Shown here: positions 1 to 15,000 of the stretch, piece by piece
Layout of the letters: every line of letters begins with the position of its first letter
Numbering within the stretch: position 1 is the stretch's first letter
Assembly (NCBI GenBank): GCA_937891595.1
Contig: CALATF010000069.1
Location: 1 to 52,896 of the forward strand
Length of the DNA stretch: 52,896 nucleotides
From: an uncultured Clostridia bacterium
Lineage (GTDB): Bacteria; Bacillota; Clostridia; Christensenellales; UBA1242
Direction of reading: 5' to 3'
Translations under genes and position numbers: made by a program
The notes under the pieces: generated by a model
The model's database searches: none
What the model saw: the letters and a program-made list of their open reading frames with translations, nothing else
What the model was told of the DNA's origin: nothing

Positions 1-3000
1 CATTATATAAATGGTACTCACTGGATAGCTATAGGTATTGAAGAACACTCAGGAAAACAAATTACTCTTGGATATAGAAAAGTAGAAATAGTTACAAATA
101 TAAATATTACTCTTTCAGGAGGCGTAACTATTGAGGACTTATACGCAAATACAACTTACAACTCGAATGATGGTAGATTGCCTAGAATATTAATAAATGG
201 TGTTGATTATTACGGGCAAATGCTTGATGATTTTGCTAAGTTATATGGGACTGATATAGACATCCCAGGAAGAATATCCTTTGCGTTAGATATATTTAGT
301 TTTTCTACAATAGGTATGGCAAATGTTTACTTAAAATTTGTACCTAATGATACCGCAAGATATAACGAAATAACCTTTATTGTACAAGCTGAAGTTGCTT
401 CAGAAAATTTATATTATATGTCATTAGATCAAGGCACGGGATTCTATACTTCTTTAGATGCTTATAAGAATGGATCTATCATGCCTATAATAGATGAAGA
501 CACTGGCTCATACATGAAATTATCTAAGGCCTTACAAAAAACTCGTAACATTATAATGCTTCACACTTATGAAGTAACTGAAAATGAAACCGTAATATTA
601 GGGTCTGATACAGGTAAAGAAATTTTAAGAGGTAAAGACATTGATAATATTTTATTTGATGGAATATTAATACATGTTAATGAAGGAAAATCTTTATCAA
701 TAGAATATACTTCTGTTAATTCAAATTTCTCTATTACTGGTGGTGCAAAATGGGGTTGGTCAACAATAGGACCAGCTGATGGCGCAAATAACTCAGCAGA
801 TATAGCTAATGCTCCATTAGTTGTTGTTGAAGAAGGTGCAAAATTTATTGCTAAAAATATTTCTTTATTAAACAATGATAACTTTGATTCTTTTGAAATA
901 CAAGATGAACAATCAATAATGTATGCAAACGGAAGTGATAATTCTTATACTAAAGGCGGTGCTATTTATACTAAAGGCGAAGTAGAGTTACATGGTGTAA
1001 TAATTAGTGGTAACAAAGCTGGCGCAGGCGGTGCTATTTATGCAGAAAATACAGCGCAAGTAAATATCAGTTCTTATACAAATGAAGATGGTATATTTAT
1101 AAAACAATCCATTATTGAAAACAATGCTGCACAGTATGTTGGCGGTTCAATCTATTTTGCTGATAAAGTTAATAGTGATGTTAATGCACATGTATTAAAA
1201 GGTGTAAAAATATTAAATAACCGTGCTACAGAAGCAAATATTTATTTAGGAAGATACCAAAATTTAACAGCAACTAGCTCTGAAAATGCAAATTTTGTTA
1301 TTTATAATGGTAGTATAGAATATGTAGCTAATGCGTTCTCTGTTGGTATTAATGCAAGATTAATTTTAGGTTCTCAAGAATATAATACTCTTGTTATTGA
1401 TGGACAATTAATGTTTGTTATTGAGGATAAAGATATTAATTATAGAGGAATAGTTAATCAACAATCAAAACTTATTGATGACACTACCTTAGGGGCAATA
1501 GGCAGAATAGAAATAAGCCTTGGCTTTATAAACGATAGTTTTAAAAACTATGTTGAATCTGCCAAAAGTTTAATTGGGCAAACAATCGTTGATGAAGGTA
1601 ATGCATTTGCAAATGCCGATGAATTAGTTACTCAAAAATTTGAACAAGCTATTGACAATGTATTAAATTCTTTAGTTGCTAAAACACTTATAGAAGGTAA
1701 TGATATTCCTTTTGATGATAGCGTTTATTATTTGGATGAAAATAATCAAAAACAATTAAGATATGTTTTAAGTAATTTTAATATAAGTCAAAGTTCAATG
1801 CAGACAAACGCTTATACAGCTGCTTTAATCCCTACACGTAACTCTTATAATATTGTGTTAGGTGCTAACAGAACAATAGATTTTATTATAGATAGAGATT
1901 ATGCTAAAAATGCTAATGGAACCTTTACTCAATTTACTAAAACTGGAACTTTAACATATGTTTATGGCCAAACATATGCAGACCTTTTTGATATAGAACA
2001 ATCTTTAATTAAATTTAATGTAGATGTTACAAAATTTAATTTAAGTTTTATTGATAGTTCACAAGTTGGCGATTTAGTTTCTAATGTTTCTATTGATAGA
2101 TATGGTAATGTTTCAAAACAAGGATATAAACTTGCTGGTCTTAAATACAACTATAATAACGTACATAGTTATTCTGAAGTTTTATCAGCAAACCCAAATA
2201 TCGGTGATTATATTGAATTAATTTGGGAATATGACGTTGTTGATTATGTGATAACTACAGATAAAATAGAAGCTGATTATACTAGTGGAGATGTTATAAC
2301 TTTAACTGCAACAATTAATAACTATATACAAAATCTTCCACTTTTGAATGAAAATAATAGCTCAATTAGTTATATGTATTCTTGGTATAAAGTAGTTGAT
2401 GGTGTTTCAATTTCTTTAGGAATTCAAACAACTATTTCAAATACTATAGAATTAAAATTAAGCGATTGCAGTCAAAGCGGAACTTACGGCCTTGAAATTT
2501 ATGTAAGTGGACAAGTAGAACATTCTGATATTGAAGCTCAAAGAAAAACTATTACCATTAACCCTATGAAAATAGAAGTCACATTAAATAATTCTAATGT
2601 TGAATATAGTGGTGAAGTACAAAATATTCTTGAATTAGCTAAAACAAATACAATAAATGGCGTTAAAGATGGCCCTCATTTTGTATTTAAAGAATTTGGT
2701 AATAGAGATGTTTCTAGTTTATTAGAAATTATTGTTAACAGTATTATTGCAACTGGCACATACGAAGCTAGTGATGCTAATCCTGAAGGCGAAATTTATA
2801 CTTTCAAGATAGGTGCAATAGAAAACTCTAACTTTATATTTGAGACAAAAAATACAGGTTCTGAAATTTCTTGGAGTATTTCAAAAAAAGAAATAGAAAT
2901 AGATGGATGGCAAGACATTTGCAATGAAAATGGACTTTATTATTCATTGCCATATGACTATGCACAAGGTGTTTATCATTTCTTAATACCTATTGCATTA

Positions 3001-6000
3001 CCAGATGGAAATGGCAAAAATGGTATTTTACCTAATGGTGAATTTACGGTTGGACTTTCAGTAAATGGTGTGCCTTATGGAACAATTTATTATAAAAATA
3101 ATAATGGCACTATAATAATGCAGAAAAGTGGTGAAATGACAAGCGGAAATGTCGGTTTTACTAACCGTGGAGACTATGTTGTTACTTTACAAACAACAGT
3201 TGGTAACTATAAATTTAATGTTGATACATTTAAATGGGCAATTTCTGGTTCTACAGCCATAATAAGCGGATGGTCTTTAAAAAATGATTCACAAGAAGAA
3301 ACATATTTAACTTCTGATTTTGCAAATAATTATTATGCAGTAGATTTAACCGCAGAAGATAAACAATTAGAATATGCTGGATCAAATGGGTACTCAATTA
3401 ATGTTGCATTTACAACCGGTGTAAATGAAAAAATTACAGAAGGTTTATATGTTAAAGCTGAAATATTCAAAGGAACTCCAACGCCATATGGAGATATTAT
3501 CTATCAAAGAATAGTTGGCGTTCCAGTTATTGGTGACGGTGAAGAATATATTAGATATGTTGATACCTCAGCCTATGTAAATGAAAACAATTATTCTCAA
3601 TTCTTTGTAAAAGTTGGTCAATCATATCAAACACCTACTGAATATAACAGCCAAACAACATACTATAGACAAGAAAAAGGCGTTCTTGTTACTGATATAG
3701 CTAATGAAATTAATAAATTAGAGTTATTTAAAGATGTTGGTTATTATAAAATTAAACTTTCTATTGTAGAGACATTTATAGCAGTTTCTGGTGTAACGGC
3801 TGATAATTATACAGAATATTATTTGAAAGACAGCAATGATAAGTATTATGCAGCGTCAAATGCTCCATTTAATACACAAAACATTTATTACAAATTAGTT
3901 TCTAATTATAAACAAATAGATGAAACTATAACAAATTCAGATGGTACACAACAACCAGCTCGTGATTATTCTTTAGCCTTTGGAATTAAAAAACAAACAA
4001 TTAAACTTAGTTATGTTTTAACTCAAAGACCAAGAGAAGATGATGAATCAAAAGGAATACAAGGTTATTTAGACGAATTTTTAGCTAAATCTAATTACAA
4101 CGAAGATCGTTTATTAACTAAAGGCTTTGATTTTATAGCAGTAGATAATGGGAATGGTTTAGAAATTACTGAAGCATCTTATAATGGTGATACTTGGTAT
4201 TTGTATGCAGTTGCATATCTTAAATATAATGATAACCATAACGAATTGCATAATCAAAGAATATTAATTTCAGATATGTCTTCTTTAAAAGTAAACTTTA
4301 CAAATATTGACAAAGTTTTACCTTATGTAATAACAAGTAGTTTTTCAGAAAGAAAAGAAGATAACCATTTTAAAAATAACTATCAAATTGAAGAAGAGTT
4401 TGAAACTGTTTCAGTTCAACTTAAGAAAGCTATAATAAGCATTAGAAAGTCTGGCGATGACCCTGAAATTCCTTTATATCAAACATGGTATCAAGGTATT
4501 ACAAATAGCTATAAACCTACTTTATACTGGAACTATTATAAAGAAGGAGAAGGCTTTATCCAACAAGACTATGAAGGTGGTTTAGGTTTATTAAGTTTTG
4601 ATTATTATTACTACCCTAATGCAACTAATGATAAACCATACGAATATGATGAAAGCAGAGTATATAGTACAGGATTATCGGACTTAGGTTATTATATTTG
4701 TTATCCAAATTCAGATAGATTAGTCGATACTAATTTTAAATTTGCTTCAGAAGATAAAAATGAATATATTTGGATTCAAGTAAATCCTCAAAAATTAGGC
4801 TTGGAGTGGAATTATGTGAACTTTAATAACATTACAAATGGTTGGAATGCAGACACAATAACCATTGTAGGTGAAGATGAATCAAACTTTACTAAATATG
4901 AAGTACAATATGATTCTTTTGTTCACGTAGCTTACCCTGAGTTTACATTTGATCCTGAAATAAATGTTAATGATGAAAATGTTGGTGCAAGATTATCTAT
5001 TAGTGGTGGAGTTTCTGATTTTATATTTGTTACAGGAATAATTGCTAGTGATAAAATAACCATTAATACAACAGAGTTTTATGTTGTTTATCAAAATAAA
5101 TTAACTGATGGCACGTGGCTAACTAGCTCAGATGATTTATTAAAATCAACATACAAAGACTTTATAAGTATGGTTAATGCAAATACTGAATACTCTTATA
5201 TCTTTGAAGCATTCTGTATTAGAGATGAAGAGGGTAATTTGAAAGATGTTGATTATTATCAAACAGAATCTAACAATGTAAAATTTTTAACAATAACCCC
5301 AAAAGTTATAACTAAAGATAACTTTAAATGGCAATATACAAACACGGCTTTAGATAGTGGTAATCAAACTGAAATTTTTAGTAAAACAGATGAAAATGGA
5401 ATATATTATGTACTATATAATGCATACTCATATTTAGTAACAATATTATTAGATGAGTCTGCTTTAGCTGAAAATGATAAATTAGCTAAAGTTGAAGATC
5501 AAAATTCTGCCGATTTAACTGAAATTTCATTCCTAGATTATTTAAATAGTTCTGGAATAATTACCTACAATAATAATTCAAAAATTAATGCTACTGAAAG
5601 TTATTACACTTCAAGTATTGTTGGTTTTGTAAGTACTATAACTAACTATACATTCGAAAATACTCATAAAAACTTTAACTGGAAAATTGCTCCTTTACCA
5701 GTAGAAGTAACTTGGGAAGCCGATAAAAACTTAGTTTATACCGGCAATAAGTTTACAAGAGGTATTGCATCTCTTAGCGTTCCAGAAGCTTTTTCTTATG
5801 CTAGAGTAGTTTATAAGTTAGGGGGCGTAGAATTAAACGTAGATGAAGGTGTAGTTAATGCAGGTTATTATGATACCGAAGTTTATTTTGAAGGTGGTAA
5901 CTATATAGCTCACTATGGTAGCACAGGAAATAGTCAATTTGTTATAGGTAAACAAAAAGTTGAAATAACATGGACTAGTCACACTTCAGATTTTAAATAT

Positions 6001-9000
6001 GACGCAACTCAAAAATATTATTATCCTGTAACTAGTGCTACGGGCATTAAGTTAATTGTTAAATTGTCCCGTGGTAGTACAACTATTGCTACAGAAACAA
6101 TAGATAATCCGGTTACAGATAATTATATAGCTAAAATTGAAGCCATAAATTCATTTAAAGAAGTTGGAACATATAAAGCACAAATTGAATTAGCTTCAGA
6201 TTTAGCTCAAAACTTTGAAATTTCTGGCTCTGCAGAAGCAAGTTGGATAATTACTCAAAAAGAATTAGACTATAATAATGTTTATATTAAAATAGGTGAT
6301 TATTACCAACCTTATTATGATGAACATGGAAAGATTAATCATACAAGAATATATAATGGTGCTGAACAAACTTTTGAATTTGCTTTAATTGATTTAGATT
6401 TAATTGATTTTGATAGTAAAGATGAAAATGGTAACCCTAATATTACAGCTCAAGCTTATATTAAAGCTAGTTATGTAGAAGAACAAACTAATGCAATAAT
6501 TAGTGGAACGCTTACAAATAATAAGGCAACAGATGTTTCAAGCAATTACTATGCCACATTTGCTTTTGATAATAAAGCTGAAACAAATGGCAAAAATTAT
6601 ATATTCAAGAGTGGTGTTTCAACTTTAAATACCGCTCCAAGAATTAACTATATAATTAATGCGCAATCTGTAAAATTTATTTGGAGTAACGTTGAGTTGT
6701 CTTACAATGGTTCATCTATTATTCCTAAATTAGAAGAAATATCAAATTCAAAAAATCTAGATGATGATGAATTAGTAGAAAAACTTAATGAACTAGCACT
6801 TTACAATAATAGCCCTGTTGTTACTATGAGTAGAACAGACGAAAACTATAAAATTCATGACCGTGATGCAATAGGAATTGATGTCGCAATTTCTGGATAT
6901 GAGATTTATTATTATGAAAGACCTAATGATGATGGAAGATTAGTAGATTTCATTTCTATACCAGGAACTTATAGAATAAAAGTTACTGGATTAGTAAGCA
7001 AAAATAATAAAGCTTGCAATTATACTGCAGATGGCGCTGGAGATACTGCATGGTGTGAAATTACAGTTAAAGCGGGTTCTCTTAAAATAGAATGGGATTA
7101 TGTTTATAATCTCACATGGAATAAAGACAGTAATGAAGTTACTTATTCAGGTGAACAAAAACCACTTTATATGTTTGTAAGTAAACCATCTGTACTTCCA
7201 CAAGGAATTTCGGTTGAATATAAGAAAAAAGTAGGTAATACTTGGGTTGCATTAGGCTCTGAAAAAGAATGCATCAATGTTGGAGAATATAGTCTAATTG
7301 TAGGGGAAAGTAATACTTCTATGTATGAAATAGAAGGTGGTAAACAAACAGTTACTTGGAAAATATTACCTTTTAAAGTTTCTTTCGGGTTATATCCTTA
7401 CGAATTTGAATATACTGGCGAAAACTTACAAAATCGCTCATTCATTATCAAAACACAAGTACCAGATGCTAAACTTGATTTTAAATATACGTCAACTTTA
7501 GTAGATAAAGATGGCCACGCAACAGGGGGAGGCGCAGTAAATGTTGGTACATATTATTCTATTGTAACAATAGGTGAAAATCCTAATGATGAAAGAACTG
7601 CAAATTATATTTCGGACGGCGAAATTATTTCTTGGTCGATTACACCAAAAACAATTAGCGCTAGTTGGAAGGAAATTACGAATAATATTTTTAGCGGGCA
7701 AGCAATTTATCCGGAACCATCTATAAAAGAATCAGTTGTAGATAACGATAAAAGTAAGAATTTTGGTTTTGTTTACAACATAACTTACACATACAATGGT
7801 GAGTCATCCACAGATGGTTTGACAGGTGTAACAGATTTTAGTGGTTGCGTAATGGTTGGTTCTTATAGTTGTTCTATTGTTGGCATTCTATTAGGCATAG
7901 ATGATTACAACAACTATAAAATAGATGATAATACTGCAACTAAAAAATGGACAATCGAAACAAAAACAATTTCAGTTACATGGGGTGAATATGATAGCAA
8001 TGGCGCTACTGTAATTGGCGGAGAAAACAGATCTTCCTTTGTATTTGATGGTACTCAAAAAATTGTAGGGGTTTACAATATTGAAGGCTTAGTTGATAAT
8101 TATGCAAATGTTACTTTTGATTATACGGACAATAACGGTATTTTTGCTAAATCTTATACTGCAAAGGTTTTATTAAGTCCTGCAGATTCAACTGTAAATA
8201 GAAATTATAAAATTAGTTATGAATTCTATAGTTGGAAGATAACTCCACAAGTTCTTAATATTGTTTGGAACGGTTTTGGTGGTTTTGATGGTTCGCGAAA
8301 TGTTGCTTCAGGTACTGATATTACAACATTAGTAAGATACAATGCTTTACCTAATGGATTTGCTCCTGAAGTTACTGAAACTTTTGAGTTGGTTTTACAA
8401 GATGGAACTACAAAAGAGTTAACCATAAAAATAGTTGCACTCAAAAAGAATGGCGAAGATACTAATGTGTCTTTATCAAAAAGAAATGATAGCGAATATA
8501 GTACTTTTGAACTTGCTAATATAAATGGTGGCTCATATACTTGGGAAGTTACAAAATTTGAAGTTTACGAAGGGAATTACCTTATTATAGAAGACGAAAT
8601 TATAAAAAGCTTTGTGTTACCTACTTCAGCTAACAAAAAGCTAACTTGGGTAATTAGTAAACAAGAAATTTCAATTTCTGCCCCTGAATATACTTATATA
8701 GGCAAAGAAATTAATTTTGAGGCAATAGTAAATAATGTTCCAGAAAAAGAAAATAATACAAATCTTTTAACCTATTATGCTCATAATTCAAGCACAAGAA
8801 TTGATGTTCCAAATGGGTTAGATGCTGGGAACTACATATATACTGTTCAAATTTCAACTGAAAATGCTTCAAATTATGTTTTTGAAGGCAATAAAATTTC
8901 TACACAAATAACATTTACTATTAAAAAAGCAACACTTTTATTTGGTGAATGGGAAGATAATAATTCTTTTGCATATAATGGTACAAAACAATACCGTAAA

Positions 9001-12000
9001 CCAAAAGAAAATAATGTTTACTTCCAAGATAAGGAAGCGAATAACATTCCAGTTGTTTACCCTGGCACAGAAGCTAAATACTCTTATGAATTAACTATTT
9101 ATAAAAAGGATTTAAGCGGAGCATATAATATTGTAACAACAAACGAAGAATGTAGTGCTTGCGGTGATTATCGTGTAAAGATTACCCTTCCAGCAAATAG
9201 TAACTTTGTTATTCCTGCTGAAAACGAGCTAGCTTTTGAATCTACTTATTCTATTGTGAAATCAGATAGTATTGAAATTATTCCATATGTAAATGCAGGT
9301 GATGTAAACGGGGTAAATGAAGATGAAAAGACAACGTTTATATTGTTCTTAGTAGTTATTACAGATGAAATTAATTGTATGAACATGCTTGCTCCAACCG
9401 GAACTTTATCTATTGAAACAGGTGGAGAAAATAGAGGAAGCTTTACTAAAGCATTACAACAAAGCACCTCAAGCCCTATAACAGAAAGTTTATTTACAAG
9501 ATATCCTAAATTAAAAGAAGACGGGATTCCTGTAGCACAATATGCTTGGGCAGAAGTATCTTATACAGAAAAAGAAACAAATAAAGATGGTTATCCATTA
9601 ACTTACAGTTACTCTGGTGGTACAAACTATAATGCATTAGCTGAAGAGAACGTTAAAGTTTATCCTTCAAACGTAGCTCAAGATACTGTTAAAGTTTATT
9701 ATTATTTACAAAATGCTTCCGGAATTATTGATGTTGATGAAAATTCAAATATTTCGATTAGTTATAGTGATATAGTAACATTCTTTGTAACGGGTGGAAC
9801 TGCCTTAACTTCTAGCGGAACATATAAGATAAACGTTAATAATTCAATGGTAAGCTCGCAGTATTCTTTAAGTGGTTTGGAAAATTATATTAATAGCGGT
9901 GTAGCTAAAGTTACAGAAATTATTATTCCAGATTCAAACAATGATACAAGAATTGCAAACTTTAGTGGTGTTTATAAAACAGGTGCCGTTCAAATAAAAA
10001 TTCAATTTATAAAACCAAGCGGTCAAAACCTTTATAAATTAACAGGTGTTAAAGCTTCTGGTAGTGATGATGAAAAAAGCTATATGGAAACAAGTTCTGC
10101 AAAAGAATTAACAATTTCTGTAAGCAAAAAAGCTATTAATATTACTGTACCTGAAAGCGAAATGAGATATGGCCAAAATGTTGATAATCTTATTATTACA
10201 ACAACAGGTAAATTTGTAATTGAAGGGGCAGTAATTCAAAGCGATATTGAAGCTTTAGAAAAGGGTGAAGGTTTAACATTAGTTTATGCCCACCCAGACT
10301 ATTCTGCAGATAATATTTCTGCCGGTAATTACCCTGGAAGTGTTTCTGTTAGATTAGATAGTAATAGCAATTATGTTCTTAATGTTATTACAAAAGGAAC
10401 ATTAAAAGTTACTGGTCAAGAACTTAAAGAAAGCGATTTAGAAATTACAATAGATGATTCTACTTGTATTTATGATGGCACAGCAAAAAGACCTACAGTT
10501 ATTGTTAAATATAAAGGAAATGCTATTAATGTTGACCTTGATTATATTGAAGGTCAAGACTTAATAAATGCTGGCAAAAAATCATTTATTATTTCATTAA
10601 AGGATAACTTTATAGGAACAATTAATAAAACTTATACAATTTTCCCATTTGATATTAAAAATGCTAGCTATGATGCATATTTAACTCAAGAAGAAATGTA
10701 TAATGGCGATAGAGGAGTTGAGAAAAACTTAGTTAACGCTACAAATAATAGAAGTTATATTACAATTCCAGTAACTAACTATCAATTAGCAAATTTAACT
10801 AACTATGTTGTTTCTTATTCTTCAAATATAAACGTTGGTACAGCTCAAATGGTATTTACAGCTTGTGGCAATAACACAACAGGCAAAAAAACATTACAAT
10901 TTAACATTATTCCACAAACAATAGTAGTTTCTGAAAGCACAACATTAAATGTTTTAGGAACAACTTCATTACCATATACTGGTACAGAAAGAAGCTTTAC
11001 TATTACAGACGTTGCTATTGACGGACAACTTTATAGATTTGAAGATAGTAATATGTATTACGATTCAAACAAAGTTGCTTTAGGCGAAGATATTAAACCT
11101 GTTAATGCTGGAACTTATTATAAATTAGTTAACATTGTTGGACTTGTAGGTGATGCGAATAACAACTATACTGGTGAAGTATATTGCGTTTGCCAAGTTA
11201 CACCTATAGATATTAATAGTAACAGTGTTACAGTTTCTAATATTTCAGCTCAAAAATTTAATAACAGTGCTATAACTCCAGATGTTCTAGTTAAATTTAA
11301 TGAAACTGTTTTAAAAACAAACATAGACTATTCTTTAAGTTATGACAAAAACATTGATGCTTCTACTAATGCTGAAGTTATTTTAACTGGCACAGGAAAC
11401 TTTAACGGAACAAGAGTTATTAAATTTGTTATTAATCCTTTAAATTTACAAGAAATTTCAAACAGACTTATTGTAAGATATGCTAAAGAATATTCATTCT
11501 CTGGCTTAGCAATTCAACCTGAGGCTAGTGATATTACTGTTACTTATGGCACAGATGAAGTTACATTTGTAATAACTGGATATTCATCTAATAAAGAAGC
11601 TTCATCAAATGCAATTATTTATATAGAAGGTAATCAAAATTACACAGGCGAATGTTCTATTAACTTTACTATTAATCCTTATTTGATTCAAAATTCAAAC
11701 CAAGATGTAGTAGTTAAATTTGTAGATGATGTTCACATTTATACTGGAAAAGGTATTGAACCGGCTATTTCTTCTGTATTTGTTGGTGGATTTAGAGTTG
11801 AAGATTATTATGTAGCATATTCTAATAACATAAATGTTACAACCCAAGCAGAAGCAAAGATTATATTTGATGTTGATGATAATTATAAAAATTATACAGG
11901 TTCATATACAGCTTACTTTGAAATTAGTAAGAAAACTTTAAATAATCAAGACTTTGTAATAAGTTGGGAGGATAAGGGCGATAAAATAGATAGCCTTACT

Positions 12001-15000
12001 TCTAGTGTTTATTCAGTAACATATGATGGCGCTGAATTTGAACCTATGGTTTATTTGTATGAAAAAACAATCATTGATGATAATGGTGAAAGTAAGATTA
12101 TTTATAATCGCTTAGCTTCTTCAGTTTCTTATACTTTAACATATAATAATAATAAAAATGCTTCAACAAACAGCAAAGCAGTTGTTGTTATATTAGGTCA
12201 AGGCAATTATCAAGGCGATTTATTTACAGAATTTACAATAAATCAAATGAGTATTAATGACCAAGCATTAAACATTGAAGTACAAGATGCTTACTACAAT
12301 GCAGGCAAAGATGTTTTTGCTGAGGTAAATATAAGCTTCTATAACGAAAGAACAAAACAAACAATTACTTTAGTAAATGACATAGATTTTGATTTAGAAT
12401 TTAATAACAATATAAATCGTGGAACGGCTACAGTAATTATTACTGGTAAAGGAAATTATAAAGATACAATTACAAATGCAATACCATTTAATATTCTTCC
12501 AGTAAGTTTATCTTCTTTAAGTAGTTCTTTAGGTGTAATTGCCGACCAAGAATATACTGGTGAGGAAATTGAACCAACTACAAGTATCATTATTAATCAT
12601 AATTCATTAATTTTAGAAGAAGGTAAACACTTTGAAGTATCATACGATAGTAATTTGAATATAGGTACAGCAAGCGTTTTAATTACTGGTATAAATAACT
12701 ATACTGGAACAATTTCAAGAACATTTAATATTGTTTCAAGAAAATTAACAAGCCAAGGATTTAACTTTATTGTACATGATGTATTCTACACAGGCGCACC
12801 AGTAGAATTAACAGAAGATGATTATAGTTATACTTTCAATGGTAAAGAACTATCTCTTGGTAGCGATTATAAAATTGTTGAATATAACAATAATACAAGT
12901 GCAGGGTTAGCTTCTGTTACCGTTTCTGGTTTAGGAAACTTTGAAGGCGAAGCAACATATTACTTTGATATCTTATCAAGTATATATTCAGATAACTGGC
13001 CTATAACTTTAAATAGAGATATTTATCGTTATACAGGACAACAAATATTACCTCAACCTATAGTAGTTGCTAATGGTAGAGAACTTGAGAATAATAAAGA
13101 TTACAAACTAAGTTATTTAAATAATATTGATATTAGTCACTCTTATAACTCTCAAAATGGTATGTGGGAAACTTCTTTAACAGAAGCTACATTACCAAAA
13201 GTAGTTATTACATTTATGGGTAATTACAGTGGCCAAGCATTTGTTAACTTTAAAATAGGTGTTGTAGAAGTTACTGCTGAAGATATAGAACTTACTGTTA
13301 GACCTGTTGTTTATACTGGGCAAGCAATTAATTTAGGTCAAAACGACATTACAGTTGCTTTAAAAGCTATAGAAGGTGCTCCAAAAGTTGATTTGGTTTA
13401 TGGTGTTGATTATGTTATTACATCAAACACAAACAATGTTAATGCTGGTAAAGGTATTTTAACTTTAACATTTAGCAATAATAAAATAGGTACTGTAAGC
13501 TTTGAATATGATATTTCAGCATTGAATTTATCATCTCCTGACGTTCTATTTAACATTCAAAACCAACAATATACTGGTAGTGAAATAGAAATTGACTTTA
13601 GTAATAAAATACTATTCAATTCAACTGCATTAGTTGAAGGTGAAGATTTTGAAGTTGATTATTCATTAAATGGAGATAGAAAAGTTATTTCTCGTAATGA
13701 AGGTTCAAACCCATACTTAGTTAAAATAACTGGTAAAGGTAATTTTACAGGTAGTGTAACTTTAACCTTTAATGTTGTTGAAAGAGAGTTAGATTTACAT
13801 AACTTTACTTTCCAAATATTAAATCAAATAATTTATAATTATGGTTATGCCGTAGAGTTAGCAAGTGATGACTTTGAATATAAGTTTAATGGTAATACAT
13901 TAATTTTAGGTACTGACTTTACATTAAGTTATGATAATAACTTTAATGCTGGCACAGCAAAAGTTTATATTCAAGGTATGGGTAACTATGCTGGAAAAGT
14001 AGAATATACATTTGATATCGCTAAACGCCAAATTTCACAAGATTATGTTACATTTACTAATAACCAAAACACGGTTTATACTGGCAGTGAAATTAAGTTT
14101 GGTGAATTTGAAATTAATATTAGCAATTCAATAGGAACATTAATTGAAACTCTAGTTGTTAGTGATGAGGGCTCATTCCCACAAGTTGTATATGATAATA
14201 ATTTGAACGTAACACAACAAGGTGCAACAATTACTTTAACTTTTGATGAAAATGAACAAGGAAATTACTATTCTACTCAACCTATAGTTTTAACGTTTAG
14301 CATTTTAACTAAAGCTTATAATAGTCAAGATTTCTATATTGATGCTATTCCAAGTCAAACTTATACTGGTGCATTAATAACTCCTAAGTTTGGCGAAGAT
14401 GATATTGATGCAATTTCATATAATACTAAAGAATTGCAAAGTGGTATAGATTATACTTTAAGCTATGCAAATAACTTAAATATAGGCTATGCAACTGTTT
14501 ATATTAACTTCCGAGGTAACTTTACTGGTGTAGCAACAGTAAACTTTAATATTGTTAAGGCTAAAGCTGTATTTGATTATGATTATAAAGTTGTTTTATC
14601 AAGCTTAGATACTTCAACTATAATCGATTTTAATGATGATGAATCTTTAAAAATAAGATATCAAGAGAACTTAACACTTGGTGACTTGAAAGTAATTTAT
14701 CTAAATAGTGAAAATGGAATAATCGAAGTTATTTCTGGCTTAGAATGGAGAACCCCTTCAACAGCTATACAGAGTGTCGGTGAAATGACATTTAAGGCAA
14801 TATTTAACCCTGATGAATCTATGTATTCTGAACAATTTATAGATATTAACTTCGTAGTTTATAAAGGTGAGCATGCCGATATTCAAACAGAAGTTATTGA
14901 AGTGTCCTTCAAAAAGGGTTTAACACTTAAAGATATTCAATTACCTGAAAATACTTTCTGGGAAGATGAAACAATAAGTTTAAACGACGTTGAACTAGAT

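Noticed and set aside
178-180. TTG at 178 as the start codon of the giant ORF
   Set aside because: The frame is open from nt 1, there is no SD upstream, and the upstream residues look like continuing repeat-domain sequence. It is simply the first start-type codon the ORF caller met.
567-9467. Antisense ORFs inside the giant gene (567-875, 1962-2150, 7498-7701, 8226-8444, 9246-9467)
   Set aside because: They are short and lie fully within, and antisense to, a far longer coherent ORF. Their translations are low-complexity or hydrophobic with no motifs and no SD. Typical shadow ORFs.
10969-10983. LPYTG (an LPXTG-like sortase motif) within the giant protein
   Set aside because: It lies about 2,000 residues from the C-terminus and is not followed by a hydrophobic segment and basic tail. 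It is simply the Y-T-G start of one repeat module preceded by L-P.
10420-14559. Regular ~260-nt periodicity as a possible CRISPR or non-coding repeat array
   Set aside because: The periodicity exists at the protein level only, inside one uninterrupted ORF. The units are diverged, and there is no short identical repeat/spacer structure and no cas genes.
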